From the NCBI GenBank assembly GCA_965153285.1, contig OZ229116.1: DNA of 64,000 nt; one strand, 5' to 3'. Under the pieces are notes generated by a model. The model saw nothing but the letters and a program-made list of their open reading frames with translations. It searched no databases and was not told the DNA's origin. Positions within the stretch are counted from its first letter, which is position 1; every line of letters starts with the position of its first letter. Position numbers and translations under genes: made by a program. Origin of the DNA: Podarcis tiliguerta. Lineage: Eukaryota. Positions 24,341 through 38,154 of this stretch are shown piece by piece.

Positions 24341-24374
24341 GGTTGGTTGGTTGGTTGGTTGGTTGGTTGGTTGG
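24341..24374. repeat. (GGTT)n microsatellite
   Basis: About 8 perfect units. Confidence 0.95.
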
Positions 24375-25804
24375 CATTTAGAGCCTGCCATTCATCATCC
24401 CTGTTTTTGTTTTGGTTTAGGTTGTAAGCTGGTATGGGACCCAGAGGGTGAAAAGAAAATTTAAGAAAATTTGGTCCCAGGTAGGTTCTATACAACTCAA
24501 TACCATTACACCATGTAATATATGCAAATTAAAGTTTTCTTCAGCACACCAATACAGATCCTCATTATCTGGGATAATCCAGCAATGGCATAACACAAAT
24601 TAGTATTCTAACATTCATCATCTTGTAAGCATCCCCACTAGGTTCATGTGGGGCCTTGCTTTGAAATGTTTCCATCTTGCAAGAGCACAGAATACTGCTT
24701 ATCATTTCTTTGTTCCCAAGATTCTGTCTTGACTTAATGGCAGTGCTATTCATCTTCATAATCTATGTATATCCTGTTCCTAAAACTCTGTGAACATTAT
24801 CCAGGAACCACAAACAGGCATAATATTGGTTAGAAACTTTATAACTCAGGCCTTGGCCTTCCTTCTCCTTTGCATATTCCAGATAATGAAACACTCTCAC
24901 ATTGCAGCTTTTGACAGGAAGTATGTGCTGTACATGCATTAGGGTTGGAATGTCACACACACAGTGAATTTTAAAAGATAGGCTGAGAACAACTTCCTCT
25001 GTTCCAAAATTACAACAGCAAGTAATTAAAACATCCCATTTCCTTTCCTGCCTGTGCCCTTTCCCAAGTCTGCGTATGAATTTCATCAGTGGGGAAACTC
25101 AAAGGAATAGTTTCAGCTATCTCCACATTACTTCTCAAAGTCTCTGGATGTTTGGATTTCGTATCTCCTCCTCTGCACAGTTGTCTCATGGGCAAGCCTG
25201 GAGCTAATGAAAATACATGTGTGTGTGTGTCCATTCCACTATATCTATACATAGATATAGGTAGAAACACACTTTATTTCAAGTTTTTTTGTTTTGTTTT
25301 GTTTTTTGCAATTACAAAAGAGCAATACATTTCATGCACCAACATTACATTAAGGACTTGTTTCAATCTTAACCACCAATTTTCACTTAGATATTCTCTT
25401 TTCAGAGATACCAGAGATCAAACCCTCCCTGTGTACCTGTGTTTGTGTGTGTTTATCTCAACATTTACCGAAAAAATGAAAACCATTTCCCCAAGAAATT
25501 ACCGTTGCAATTAGGGTGCAAAGCAAACCACACCTTAACAGGAGATACGTAGCTGGGGACATTTTCATAGACACTGTTAATAAAAGGCCTATTAATTCAC
25601 ACTGTGTACTTGGGAAACTCACTTTCTCCAAGTACGTAAATCAACAGAACGGTAAGTGGTTTCAACTGATTGTGGAACCTGTGATGGACCATATAAAGTC
25701 CATTTATATAGTTGAGGATATGTAAACATGTCCCTCTGTTACCACACCTTTCCCGATGTTTATTAGGATATTTACTAGAGTATGGTACTATCTTATTACT
25801 TCAA

Positions 25805-25894
25805 CAGTGCAATCCTGTTCATTTCTACTCAGATGTACATCCTAATGAGTTCACTGGGGTTTTCTCCTAGTTAAGTGGGTATAGGATTGCGGTC
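25805..25894. mobile_element. About 90-bp palindromic MITE-like repeat (gcaatcct...aggattgc)
   Basis: Imperfect inverted repeat. Decayed relatives near 5480, 9970, 12945-13250 (SNAI2 intron 2), 55640, 56490, 57820, 58740 and 63163. Confidence 0.6.
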
Positions 25895-26942
25895 TAAAAG
25901 TGATTTCATTGATATTGATTGATGGTGGGGAAAAGGAGGTATGAAAATTCCACATCCTTATCATTTGTATATAATTTTCTGCCCCTCAGAGACATTAACG
26001 AAGAAGTAGCTATAGAAGTAGCATGCCCTTGTTAAAAATATATATGAGAATATTGCAAACATTCCAGCCACTTTCAAACCTCAGCATGTGCCTGGAATGA
26101 TCCAAGTATTCAATTAAACAAAACCAAGAGTTTACAAGATTTAATTTTCTTCGGGTGTCACTGTCTACCTCCTTCTTTAACACTTTTGTCTTTATTTGCT
26201 GGTGGTGTTTCAACATTTGCCACACTTAAGCTGTCTGCATACAAGAGATGTGCCTATTGTATCTTATGTATGCCTTGGCTGCAGAGAGCGCAGGAAGCCT
26301 CCAAGGGGGAAGATGCCTGGTGTCTCCTAGCTTGAACATTTTTCATTCTGGCCTAGCTACTTTGCCTGCAGTGTTGCAATCCACAGGGAGGCCTTAACCT
26401 CTGAAACCTGCTGACTTAAGTGTAATTGGCTAGCATGATGCCACTGTGACCAACAAGTGGAACAAATAAAATTACCCACTATTTCAGTACTGTGATTGTT
26501 CTGTCTCACTGCATGACTCCATGAGTCTCTTAGAGGAACTGACCTGCTTATAATAAACAAATTGTTTTCTGGGCTCCATTTCCAGTGCCTGTAGGGTAAC
26601 TACCAAAAGACAGTACCAGTCTGTGTTGACTATATTTAATGCTGTTTTCATTGGATGATTCCAGTGGTAGGTCAAATCTTAAGATGAAGCATAATGTTGT
26701 TCAGTGTTCAGAGCTCAGAGCTGCAACATCTAATGAAAAACTGTAAGCAAAACCTTTACTAAACCACAGCTTCAATTATAGAAATTTGAACTAGCTAGTG
26801 AGTAGTTGTTAAAAAGCCACTGGGGCTTGAACCAGATGCCTTTGGATCTGCAATCAGCTGGCCATGCAGTGGGCTAGAGGTTCATAAGCAGAAGCTTCCC
26901 TGGTTATACTGATACATATGTATAGCTATCCTCTGCTTATAC

Positions 26943-27080
26943 CAGGAATGGGAAACATTTGGCCTACCATTTGTTGCTGAACTACAACTCCCATCAGCCC
27001 CAGAAAGCAAAGCCAATGGCCCACCATTATGGTAGTTGTAGCTCAGCAACATCTGGAGGGCCAAAGGTTTCTCACACCTG
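26943..27080. mobile_element. 138-bp hAT MITE
   Basis: CAGG...CCTG termini, internal inverted repeat, perfect 8-bp TSD GCTTATAC at 26935-26942 and 27081-27088. Confidence 0.85.
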
Positions 27081-28534
27081 GCTTATACCTACTTAACAAG
27101 CACACTGCTCTTTTGTTCTCACTGTGTGCACAGGTTTCTAGTGTCTACCCAGTTTGTTCCTAATATTGTAGTTCTCTTGCCATCCAAAACTATTGGACTG
27201 GCTTCATATTGTCCATCTTAACAATTAACGTTATACTGTGTACTACTTTTGAAATGGTCCCTCATTAACAATGCCAAAAAAATTAAAATTTACGACTGTT
27301 AAAATCACAAATTGATGGCATCTAAATACAAACACGTGCTTTCTGGATTGTAGATAAATGTATATTTTGAACTTTTCAAAATGTCTTTGGTGGCAGCATC
27401 TCAACAAAGATCCAAGGAAGCAGAACATTCATTTGAGTTGCCCGCTGTCAGATTGTGAACTCTCTGTCCATTTAACATAAACAAGTGTACCTGTTTTCCT
27501 CTGCCAAATGTTGGAGGGCGTGATAAATTCAGAGTAACTTCAGTAGACCTGGTTTAAATACACATTAGGGTAACTCAAAGCAAAACATAAGAGTGCAGGC
27601 CAAGTATTCATTTATTGGGAGGGGACAGATACTTTCCATGTTTCGCACAACTTTTGACACACTATGTTACTAGGCAATAAATTAGGTGCTCCCCTAATGA
27701 ATGCATTGCTTGTTGCAAAGCTCCATTAATTGAAACATGATTCAGCAAGGCATTTAATTGGGTGCTCTTTCTGAACACCAACACATGGGTGACTACAAGC
27801 TTCACACACAGTGAAGTCTTAAAAGAGAGAAAAAAAGTATGTAGCTATATAAGAAAATATGATGATATGGGGAAACGTATTCAGGTTTTACATTATGTCT
27901 GCAAGCTGCAGATATGAGACCAACAATTCATTTTCTGTGACTTTATTTAATTATTATGTGACAAAGCAGTGCACAGCTTATGCACATTTACCTTGAGTTT
28001 CAATCTGTTTTGCTGGTGTACACTCACCTGAGACAAATAATGATTGCATTGGTTCCTTAATCGTAGGAACAGAGGATGATGTTTTTCCAGAAGTAGGCAG
28101 ATGCACAGCATTGATAGAGATGCCTTTACATTGAAAGGGAAAATAAATAGTTACTTTTAAACTGTTTAATTACGGTTATTCCAGAGGTGCGACCACATGA
28201 CAATTCCCATGAAGGATTCTGGTTTCAGAATATTTGTGCACAAATATTTCTAAAAAGAAATGGTGGGCTGTTTCCTTATGGGAAAGTCTCTCTATTGTAT
28301 CTCATCTCTCCACTTCCCGTGCAAATGGTGCAGAACACACTTTGTGGTTGACACAAAGATATATACATCAGAGGTCTGTGTAAACACTGAGAAGCAACAT
28401 AAGCACATTTTGAAGAGGTAAACAAACAAGTTCTGTTTCTAAAATTCTAAATGTTGGCTGTTTACTCGTCAGTCAATGCTGCATAACAACCAATGAAATT
28501 TTGAAAGAATCAGCAATACTAAATAGCATAATTT

Positions 28535-28681
28535 TTGTCTGCTCCATCTTCACCCTCTGACCACTCATTTTCACCCCACCACCGATCCCCTGGCTCAGAG
28601 CCTTCTTGCCCTGGGGCTTCCTTTGGGGGTTCCCCAGCTGGTGCCTCCCACCACTTCTCTGTATCCTGCCAGTCTGTGACA
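28535..28681 (-). mobile_element. 5' fragment of an LTR, same family as 43618-44213
   Basis: Begins TGTCACAGACTGG on the minus strand and aligns with the first ~135 nt of the solo LTR. Confidence 0.7.
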
Positions 28682-28800
28682 ACTACTCTCTGAAATCCTG
28701 GAAGGCTGCTGCCAGTCAGTGTGGGTGATACTGAACAACAGATCTTCTGGATGATCCTGTTTATTGAGCTTCCATTTGCTTGCACAAAGCTTATGCGGAG

Positions 28801-29132
28801 GGTAAAGGTCCAGTCGTTGCCGACTCTGGGGTTGCAGCGCTCATCTCTCTTTATTGGCCGAGGGAGCCAGCATACAGCTTCCGGGTCATGTGGCCAGCAT
28901 GACTAAGCCGCTTCTGGCGAACCAGAGCAGCGCACGGAAACGCCGTTTACCTTCCTGCTGGAGCGGTACCTATTTATCTACTTGCACTTTGACGTGCTTT
29001 TGAACTGCTAGGTTGGCAGGAGCCGGGACCGAGCAACGGGAGCTCACCCCGCCGCGGGGATTCAAACTGCTGACCTTCTGATCGGCAAGCCCAAGAGGCT
29101 CTGTGGTTTAGACCACAGCGTCACCCATGTCC
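28801..29132 (-). mobile_element. Sauria SINE (POM/Squam1 type), near full length
   Basis: Minus strand has a tRNA-related head, the core GCAAGTAGATAAATAGGTACCGCT and an ACCTTTACC tail. Confidence 0.9.
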
Positions 29133-31177
29133 TTTATGGGGGGGGGCCTCCAAACATTTATTTTTATTGCACATTCATGGTCATTTTTGCTCATGATGCT
29201 ATCAGGATGGTAATAGGTGATCTTGCTTTCGGCACTATCTGTGCCTGCAAAAGTTTTGGAGTGGCCATACTGCTTCCTTTCCAATCAATAAGTTGCTGCT
29301 GAAATCCTGTAACTTTCATATACCGCAAACATTGTGCAAGTGTTTTGTCCCACTTCTGTTGCACTATAGCCCCTCCAGATAGCAATAACATCATAGCATT
29401 TGGGAAACATCACAGAACAATTAATAGAGCAGAATAAATCCACCACTAATGCACTATTGTTGTGTCAAGAACATGTTACAAAATACACCTGCAATAAAGC
29501 ACCAGTCCAGAGGGGTCCCTATGTCTGCTTCCAGACTTTATTGATCAATCCTTCTGATTTGCTTGTGGGGAGAGTGTATAACAATAAGCATTCATTCTGA
29601 TTTGCCTGCAGTCTTCCCATTAATATTTTGTTTGTCCTATACATTTCAGAACCTTTCTCTGTCACTTTCCAAATCACAAAAAGTCCACCTTTTATGCACT
29701 AGGACAACAGGGAGCATTTAACTGCCTCTTTAATTGCACAAACCTAAATTTCTGATATATGCTTCCACAAAATACTGAACGTCTGAAGGCAATTCTAGAT
29801 GGACTAATGATCTCACTTAGCATCAGGCAATGCCCTATGTTCATGTATTTACTATCTTTCTTCAGTAGGGCTTCTTCTTGCAGCAAGTACCTGCAAGTAT
29901 TCTATCTGCCTTTGTAACTGGTGTCAGGGAGCTTTAACATGTCTGAGTATGTGGCTGGTGTTGTGTTTTGCTTGGCAAGGTGACCTGGAGCCTCAGATAG
30001 CATTTCATACAGAAATGGAGAGCTTAGTGCCCACTTTAAGACAGTTGGACAAACGGCCCACCCTCACCTAAGCTGCTTGACATCTGGCTCTCCAGCTAAG
30101 CTGAAAAGCATCTCATGACACTTACATGATTGGATGAGATCATAATCATATGCTAGAAGCCATTAGCCCAGAACTGGAAAGCAAAACAGAGTGCATTATG
30201 TTGCCTGCAGAATGTACCCATTTAATAGAACTAACACAGCAGACCAGGTTCAAACACCAGGGAACATCTGGCTAGTATTTACATCTCCTGTTTAATTTGG
30301 ATGCTGGAGTTTAGTTTTCAAGATGGCAGTAGAGAAACAAATTGAGCCCATCACTCTGTTGCAGTTTAGAAAAGCAAGCTTTGTTTATACTTTCTCATAT
30401 TAATACCTCATCCACTTAGCCAGCAGGCCCCCTGAAAAATATACCTCAATCACACAACTCCCCTTCAGTAACAAAGCCGTAATTCAGCGTAATGCTTTGT
30501 TGATGAGAAGAGAAAGGGATTCAAGTAAACTGCAAGTATCGGAATCATGGGACAAAGTTGGTCCATGGGAAACTGAACTGTAATGTTGCACAGTTTTATT
30601 GGCGCCTGTTGAGAAAGCCAGTGGAAGACATCAGGGGTCCAGCTCTGCTTCTGTGTGTTACAAATGTCAAAGGCATCAATGGAATACATTTTCACTTTTT
30701 AAAAATGATGTCCAATTTGGGGAAGGTGAGGGCTTTGTACTGAAACTGCTGTTTCAAGACGCTTCTGAAGCTAGGAAAAGCATGTCTAGATAGAATTTCA
30801 TTAAAATCTAGCATCTGAAAGCAAAGTTGGCCATGTGACAGTACAATGAGCTAAGATCCAGGATGCTCGTGTTTATAAACAAATGGCAGCAGACTCAAAA
30901 TATTACACAAGATTTCCATTCCTGATGCTACAACCCATTACAGATTCAAGAACCTGGGCAGGGGGAGTGCAAAATTGGGGGAAGACGTAGAACACAGAGA
31001 AAAATAATAATTCTATGTAATCCCTGAAACTGCTTATGTCGAGGCAAAGGACCAAGCACAAAGACAGAGCACTTCTCTCACGTAAGTAACTACAGAACAT
31101 CTGAAACTTATATTTGGCCAAAGGTTCTGGGTCAGTGGTCATGGCCGTCTAGGTCTGCCATCAGGTTTGCTTTAAAT

Positions 31178-31478
31178 CAGGGATGTGGGGCATCAGACTG
31201 AGGGCTGATGCAGCCCTCTAGGTCTCTCCATCTGGCCTCCAGAACTCTCTCCGGTCACACCCCTCACTATCCGTGCTTCAACCCCAAATAGGTTTGCCCT
31301 GCCTGGATGTGTCCCTGTGCTCTGACAATGCCTCCTGCTTACCTGGATGAAGGATGTGAGACTGTGTGCAGAAACCAGCCTATTATATACACAGCTAACA
31401 TTTACTTTTGTTGCCCACCATATTGCCCTGGGAAGAAGGGAAGGTGTCTCTCAGGCTGGAAGGGATTCCCTGCCACCG
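31178..31478. mobile_element. Non-autonomous hAT element (decayed)
   Basis: Starts CAGGGATG; flanks CTTTAAAT/CTTTAAAA form a 7/8 TSD. Confidence 0.6.
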
Positions 31479-32216
31479 CTTTAAAATGTTCAAAACTCAT
31501 GTCTGCCTGCCTTCATTCTGGTATCAGATATTATAGACGTGTCACCGCTAAAGCACCCATGCAATTTACGCAAAGCAGACAGTGACGTGGGGCATATATG
31601 CTCCAGCAGGGCAAAACTCCAAGCACTCAAGCTCCAGGTGGCCTGGTGCGTGGAAAAGGCTTGTCTCATCATTGGCTGCCTTCTGGAATCCTGGGCTAGA
31701 CTCCCACTGGGGCTGCCCTTGATACTGCTGCCTGTGCTGCTGCTGCTGCTGTCACTAGCACAGCCCATGGGATGGGGACTTGGAGAAGAAGAACTGCCTA
31801 CTGGCCACTTTGCTCCCATTCTTCCATTTTATGTCCTGCCAGGTATTATTGGCATAATGGAGATACTATGCAACCAGCGTGTTGGTTTATTTAAGATATT
31901 TACATATATCCTACCAATTAATGCTAGTTCTCAAGATGGCATACAGATATGTGTGTGCATGAGTGCATGCACAACAACGCATGGTGCTGCCACATTCAGT
32001 GCATTAGTGACATTGTGTTCTTTCTGAAATGAGCTGGGAGGAACTTGTCCATCACTTTAGGGAACTTGGAGATACACTGAAGTATAGCTCCATACTAGAA
32101 TGGCTAATCTGTGATCCTTCAAAGGTTGTTGAACTCCCATTAACCCTAGTCTGCATCATCCATGGTGAGGACTGATGGAATTCAGCAAAATCTAGAAGGC
32201 CAAAGCTTAGCCACTC

Positions 32217-32480
32217 TTAAGAACATAAGAATATAAGAAGAGCCTGCAGGATCAGGCAATGGTCCATCTAGTCCAGTGTCCTGTTCTCACAGTGGCCAAA
32301 CGGATGCCTTTATGAAACACAAAATTGGATCCGAGCACAAGAGCCTCCTCCCCTCCTGTGGTTTCCAGAAACTGGTATTCCAAAGCATTACTGCCTTCAA
32401 ATGGGAAGGCAGAGCATAGCCATCATGATGAGTAGCTCTTGATAGCCATCTAGTCCATAAATCTGTCTAATCCTCTTTAA
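32217..32480 (-). mobile_element. CR1-like LINE 3' end
   Basis: taagaacataagaatataagaagagcctgcaggatcagg...ctgttctcacagtggcc; same family as 23560. Confidence 0.75.
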
Positions 32481-33372
32481 TATGTCTCTATTGGTTAGCC
32501 TCACCACAAATCACACAAACCAGCATACATGACTTTTTCAATATCTTCTACACTGATTGAGTGCAGTTCAAAATGTTGGGATGCTAATGAGTCCCCAAAA
32601 AAGCCCATCCCAGGATAAAAACAGATTTGGTCTTCAAAAACTTTCTCTGCCATTGACCAGAATGCACATGGAAAATCTATCTTTCCAGCAATTGCCTAAA
32701 ATAGTGTTGAGGTTATGCTTTTCTAGTATCCCCCCACATGAATACAGATAATAGTGAAATGGGAAATTTAATGAGAAATGTTATTAAACATATTCTCCCC
32801 ATCCCCAATCATTTGAAATAAATATTAGGATAAATAATATAGGCTATATTATAATATGTAAGCCGGTCTTTACAAATCCGCATGCCAACTCAGGCTTTTT
32901 CTTGTGCATTCATGTTAATGTGGGCTCATGATGGTATTGAGATGCTTACATGTGGTCCCACATTCAACACTATTTGCACCAGGAAATATTTTAGGCTGGA
33001 CATACTGCTTCATTTCTAGTCAGTGCATGTCCCATACTGTAGCTTCCTGTTGAAATTCCAAAACATTTTAAGCTGCAAATGTTCCCAAAGGTGGTGGTGT
33101 CTCACTTTTGTTGCACTATCGTGTCCCCTCACAACTGCAAAAATGTGATACCACGTGGGATGCATCATAGAACAATGAATAAAGTAAAATGATGCATGGG
33201 GACAGTCCAGTACAAACCCACCCCTAATGTCCCTTTAGTGTGTCAGTGACATGTTTCAAAAAACACCTGCAAAAAAAACCCACCAGTCTGGTGTGGCCTT
33301 TAGGCTTCTGTATGTTCCTTTCAAGGCTGTACTGCGATTTTACTATGAAAGATAGAAGTGACAGTTTTAAAT

Positions 33373-33627
33373 AAGGTAAAAAAAGGTAAAGGTACCCCTG
33401 CCCATACAGGCCAGTCTTGACAGACTCTAGGGTTGTGCGCTCATCTCACTCTATAGGCCAGGAGCCAGCGCTGTCCGCAGACACTTCCGGGTCACGTAGC
33501 CAGCGTGACAAGCTGCATCTGGCGAGCCAGCGCAGCACACGGAACGCCGTTTACCTTCCCGCTAGTAAGCGGTCCCTATTTATCTACTTGCACCCGGGGG
33601 TGCTTTCGAACTGCTAGGTTGGCAGGC
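33373..33627 (-). mobile_element. Sauria SINE, divergent subfamily, 5'-truncated
   Basis: aaggtaaa tail and core cctatttatctacttgcac; no tRNA head; possible TSD ttaaataaggta/ttaaaaaaggta. Confidence 0.85.
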
Positions 33628-35767
33628 TTAAAAAAGGTACCTCTCACTTAACCAGTTTCTTAAAACTTTCCTTTAATTTCTGGGCCTCTTCCTTCTTAAC
33701 TAAAATGGCACTGGGATTACCTAGACATCCTGCCTATAAGGTTTGACACTTACTGTGCTCAACTGATGGGAGGAAAATCATTAATGGCGAACCTGGTGGA
33801 TGTATTTGTTTTGGACTGAGTCTTGGGGTTGATGCAGCCAGGCTCTAACTGTTTACCTGCTGCACACTCTTGACAAAGAGGCAAGGTGCTGCATGCTCTG
33901 TGTCGGAGTGACTAACAAGCCCTCTTGTCTAGGCTTGAGTGTTCATACCTGTTTGCAGCTCCTTACATACTTTTGGCTCCCCCCACCTCACCAGCCTTCC
34001 ATTAGAGCCTTCTGACAGAGGTTCTCGGAGAAACAGGATGCCAATTGGATAATCAGCAGGAAACAAAGCCTCCTCAGAGAAGATAGCAGCCTCAGGGCCG
34101 TCTAATTACAAGTCCCTGCACTGCTTGAAGTTACTCAGCTGACATGCCTGAACTGTGCAAAGACCTTCAAGTGAACTGTTATACAAAGCTCAATGTATCA
34201 CATGGTTGTGAAGCAGCTGCTAAGTCTCATTGTAAATGAGGCACAGAGATGATAAGTCACATACCCTCCTGCTCAAGGGGAGGGGAGGAGCCTTCCTTAG
34301 GCTGTGGTGCTGGAGACTGGGATGGAGCTTGGGAGGTGGAGAGGAAGTCAGAATTGGGACACAGCTAGGAAAGATGTTCTAGACTAGAAGCCTACTTTCG
34401 TTATGTCCCCGTCTGTTTGTGCCAAGGGATTTGTTTGATGCATTTAAGTTATTTCAGTGACATCCCCAAAGCTTGGCCTTTAAACAAAAACAGAAAGAGG
34501 GCTTTGCATGCAAGCTAATGGAGAGCAAAATAATGAGTTAGGTATGCTTTCCCCCTTCTCTTTTTCACCAAGCTAGTTGATAAACAAATATTCTTAGAGA
34601 GAGTATGTTGGGAAATCAGCCTTAATGCAAACAACACTTGAAAGCAGGAAGCTTAGCCAGAAAATGCAGCATGATTAGAGAATGGACTCCTCTTATCATG
34701 GGGTAAACAGAGTGGCACAAAGGAACAAATATGCTATTGAATATCATTTTAAAAGCACACTGAAGTGATGCTTTTTACCCTAAACCCAACTCTGGCTGCT
34801 TTGTGGGCTTCCGTACATCTGTAAAGGATGCATGTGTGATGCACAATTCTCTTTGCATACTTCTCAGATGCCTTTAAAAAATGGAAGTCAGGTTCCTCCA
34901 CTGCAGGATGTTGTAAGATCCTCATTGTCACCATGGCAATTATTATTAAAATAAATAAATAAATAACAATAGAGTGCAATGGGTGCACATAGGGACAGAT
35001 ATAATCAGAAACACCCCCATCTCAGCATTCCCGTTTCTCCAAAATAAACTTAAAAATAGTGGATCATCTCAAAATTTATAGCCTAATACGATGTATGTTT
35101 TACTGGAAGAAAGTTTAATCGGGCTTGCAGCATTCACCAAATATTTTCAAAGTGATTTAGCACTGCATGCATTCAGGGGGGACCACGCTGCTTTTGAAAA
35201 ATCCAATTCCAGGACTCTTTAAACCTCTCCCTTTACAAGAGAGCAGCTACCAAGAAGCCATCCAATGGCTCACATTCCTAACAGGTGGATTGGGTGACTT
35301 CCCCTTTCATGAGTTTGGCTTTGGAAACATATTTTAGCAGGAGGTGGAGAGGAAACAGAAAAATTATCTATCCTGAAGACTCTGGAAATATATACTGTCC
35401 TTGCACATGTGCAGAATCAGGAAATCTCACGCCAACATTGCAGCAATTTTATGGTAGCAGTTAAACTGAATAAATCTTTAGGTTGAAAGAATATGGAAAA
35501 TCGTTCAGAGAATATGAGATCTGTGCTAAGAAAATACATCTATCCTCCCCTGCATTCCCTTGCAAGACCTAAGATTAGCCTACAGCATTTCCTTACTAGT
35601 ATCATCTATGTACCGTGTTTCAGCATCAATTTATAGAGATGTTCGGAGTGGCTTCCCCGCAATTATGGTCAGACCACTTTTCCTTTGGAAGCTCATGAAA
35701 GCCGGAGCTTGAACATCTTTCTGAAGCCACATGAAGTCTTTTTTTAACTCCTGGAGTTGGCTTCAGG

Positions 35768-36102
35768 CTGGAGCAGATCTACTATGAAACCAATGAAGCT
35801 TAAGCTTCAGGGTCCCAAATCCTGGAGGGATCCCAGTAGTGATTTTAGTCCACTTAAAATTTTGGGGTCTATTAGACCCAATAGGATCCACATAACTCAA
35901 ATTGATTAATTATTTGTTGTATATATCAGCAACCCCAAAGTTTGAGAGGCAGCAGCACAGATGTTGTAAAGGTGCGGTGATCTGCCATGGAATAACCTCA
36001 CTGAAAAAGATAACAGTGGTCACCCAGACCTCATTGCTGGTTGAGAAGGGGCCCCCATGACAGTACAAGCTTCAGGGCCCCCAAAATGTAGGTGTGCCAC
36101 TG
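35768..36102. mobile_element. Non-autonomous hAT element
   Basis: Ends ...GCCACTG; flanks GCTTCAGG/GCTTCAGA form a 7/8 TSD; subterminal AAGCTTCAGGG repeat at both ends. Confidence 0.6.
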
Positions 36103-38154
36103 GCTTCAGAAGATTGGTATTATATATATATATGAGCCAACTAAAGCTTTCTTTATTTGCATGGGCCTTCGTAGGATGCTGTGCTGCTTTCCAGCTGTAC
36201 TGCTTTACTTTTAAGTTCCTTATCAATACTGGACATAAATCTATATAAACTCCCATGAGCCACAGCCAGCATAGCTAATGGTAAGGGACTTGTAGGTCAA
36301 CAGCATCTGGAAAGTTGTCAGTTAGCGACTCCTGGTTTAAGATGTTGTATTGCTAATACAGCCATGCAAATCTATGCTTTTGCTTATATTCAAGAAGATC
36401 ACACCTAAACCAGACTTGAGGCTATTCATTGTGGTTAAAAACCAGAGTAAGTCAAAGTGGATTTAATTCTTTGTTCCATAGGGTTCTTGACCTGCTACAG
36501 TACCTCAGAATATCACGCAAACTAGTGTTAGCCAACACTAGAACACTCTGTCTGGGTCACGTAGCCTCATCACATCCTTATGCAAAATAAATTTTGTCTT
36601 CCACTGGAGAAGATTCCTGTGTTTAATTATCTCACTCTTGCCTTGTGTTTATTTTACAGTGCTTGTTTTAATCTTAAGGATGCCATGGAACAAAGCTTTG
36701 GTTCTGATAGTAGCACCATATGGGAGCAGCTGCTTGGGGTTAGATGGTGTGCTGATCACGAAATGAGTTACATCTTCCTTTAAATGGAACAGCTTTTATG
36801 CTTTGCTCTTAAACCTGAAGTCAAGTCAGTACAAAATGATAATAAACATGTCTGGAGAGATGTCTCCAGCTCAAAGCTGTCCGTGAACTCTGCTCCTATT
36901 CCGTTTCCATTTCCTAAGACAGAATTTTGGCATCTTCCAAAGAATGGCTTTAATGCAAAAGAACTACTGTTAGTTTTCAACAGTCTTTTCCTTTTGCAAA
37001 TGTTGAGGAGTTTCAAATACATCCAAAAAATTGTTAAATTAACTGGAAAATTACATGTATCTGCCCATGTATTTCACTAAAAACCTAAATATGAAACAAA
37101 AGTGAATGTCAAGGCCATGATCTGTCCTCATTGCAAGCATAGCACAGACTGGGTTCCCTTCAGTCTGAATAATGCATATAATGCTCAGTGGGGCATTGTG
37201 GAGAATGTGATGTCTGTGTGCTCTTCCAGCAACCTCCTTCAGCTCTGGAAGGAATGGGAACAGGGCTTTACTGTATGGAACAAAATGCAGGTCCTGCACC
37301 TACAGAGGCGTTGGATCAGCTTCCTGTTCTTTGTAGGGTTGGTGTGGTTCTACTTGTCACATAAATTCTTGTTTTAAGAAATTGAATATGTATTTTTTTA
37401 TTTTATTTTTTTGCTATGGCAGCCACTGGTGCTGATTTTGGACATACTCTGTGTGATCAGGTTGTTTCAAATGATAAGAAGTAGACAAATGCTACAACTC
37501 CCATGAAGAGCAACTCCATAAACATATGCAGCAGTCAGCACCCTACATGTTAGCATGGTAACACAAAAAGAAGTCAGGAAAGTGTGTTGAGTAAAGTTAC
37601 AATAATAGTCCCGGGGTTGCGCAGTAAAACAAAATGGAAAATCAGAATTTGGGTTTGTCCTGAAGCAAACACACAAGCTCTTCACCACATCTTCAGAAGG
37701 GGGGGGAGTCAAAAGCACACCCCAATATCTCAAAATGTTAATGTGAATTGGACCTCACTTGCACCAGTGCAGATAAAGGATGGCTACAGGAAACAGCTTT
37801 CAAAAATCAGGCACCAAAGGAGGATTAGGTACATTTTCACAACATTATTTTAAGCCTGTCAGTGGCATAAACAGGAAACTGGATGTTAGTCGCAAATTCA
37901 CTTCTCCTTTGTGGAATCATACAGTGTGCCAGATGGTAAAAGCAAGGGAAAGTTTACATACGCTACATTACCATAACCATGTTGCTTCGTATCATTCAAA
38001 TAGAAATAAACTTTAGATGGAATGCAAACTAACCTACTGCACCAAGAAGTTAACACTATTCTTTGTAACACAGTAACATAATTTGCTAATGCACCAAACT
38101 AGCATTTTTAAAAGTGACTTAGTAGTTAGGAACAAATGAAAGTAGCTGGAAGTC

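Noticed and set aside
31539-32027. 162-aa ORF with a Leu-rich, signal-peptide-like stretch
   Set aside because: Non-ATG start, the Leu run comes from a CTG repeat, and there is no recognisable domain or splice structure.
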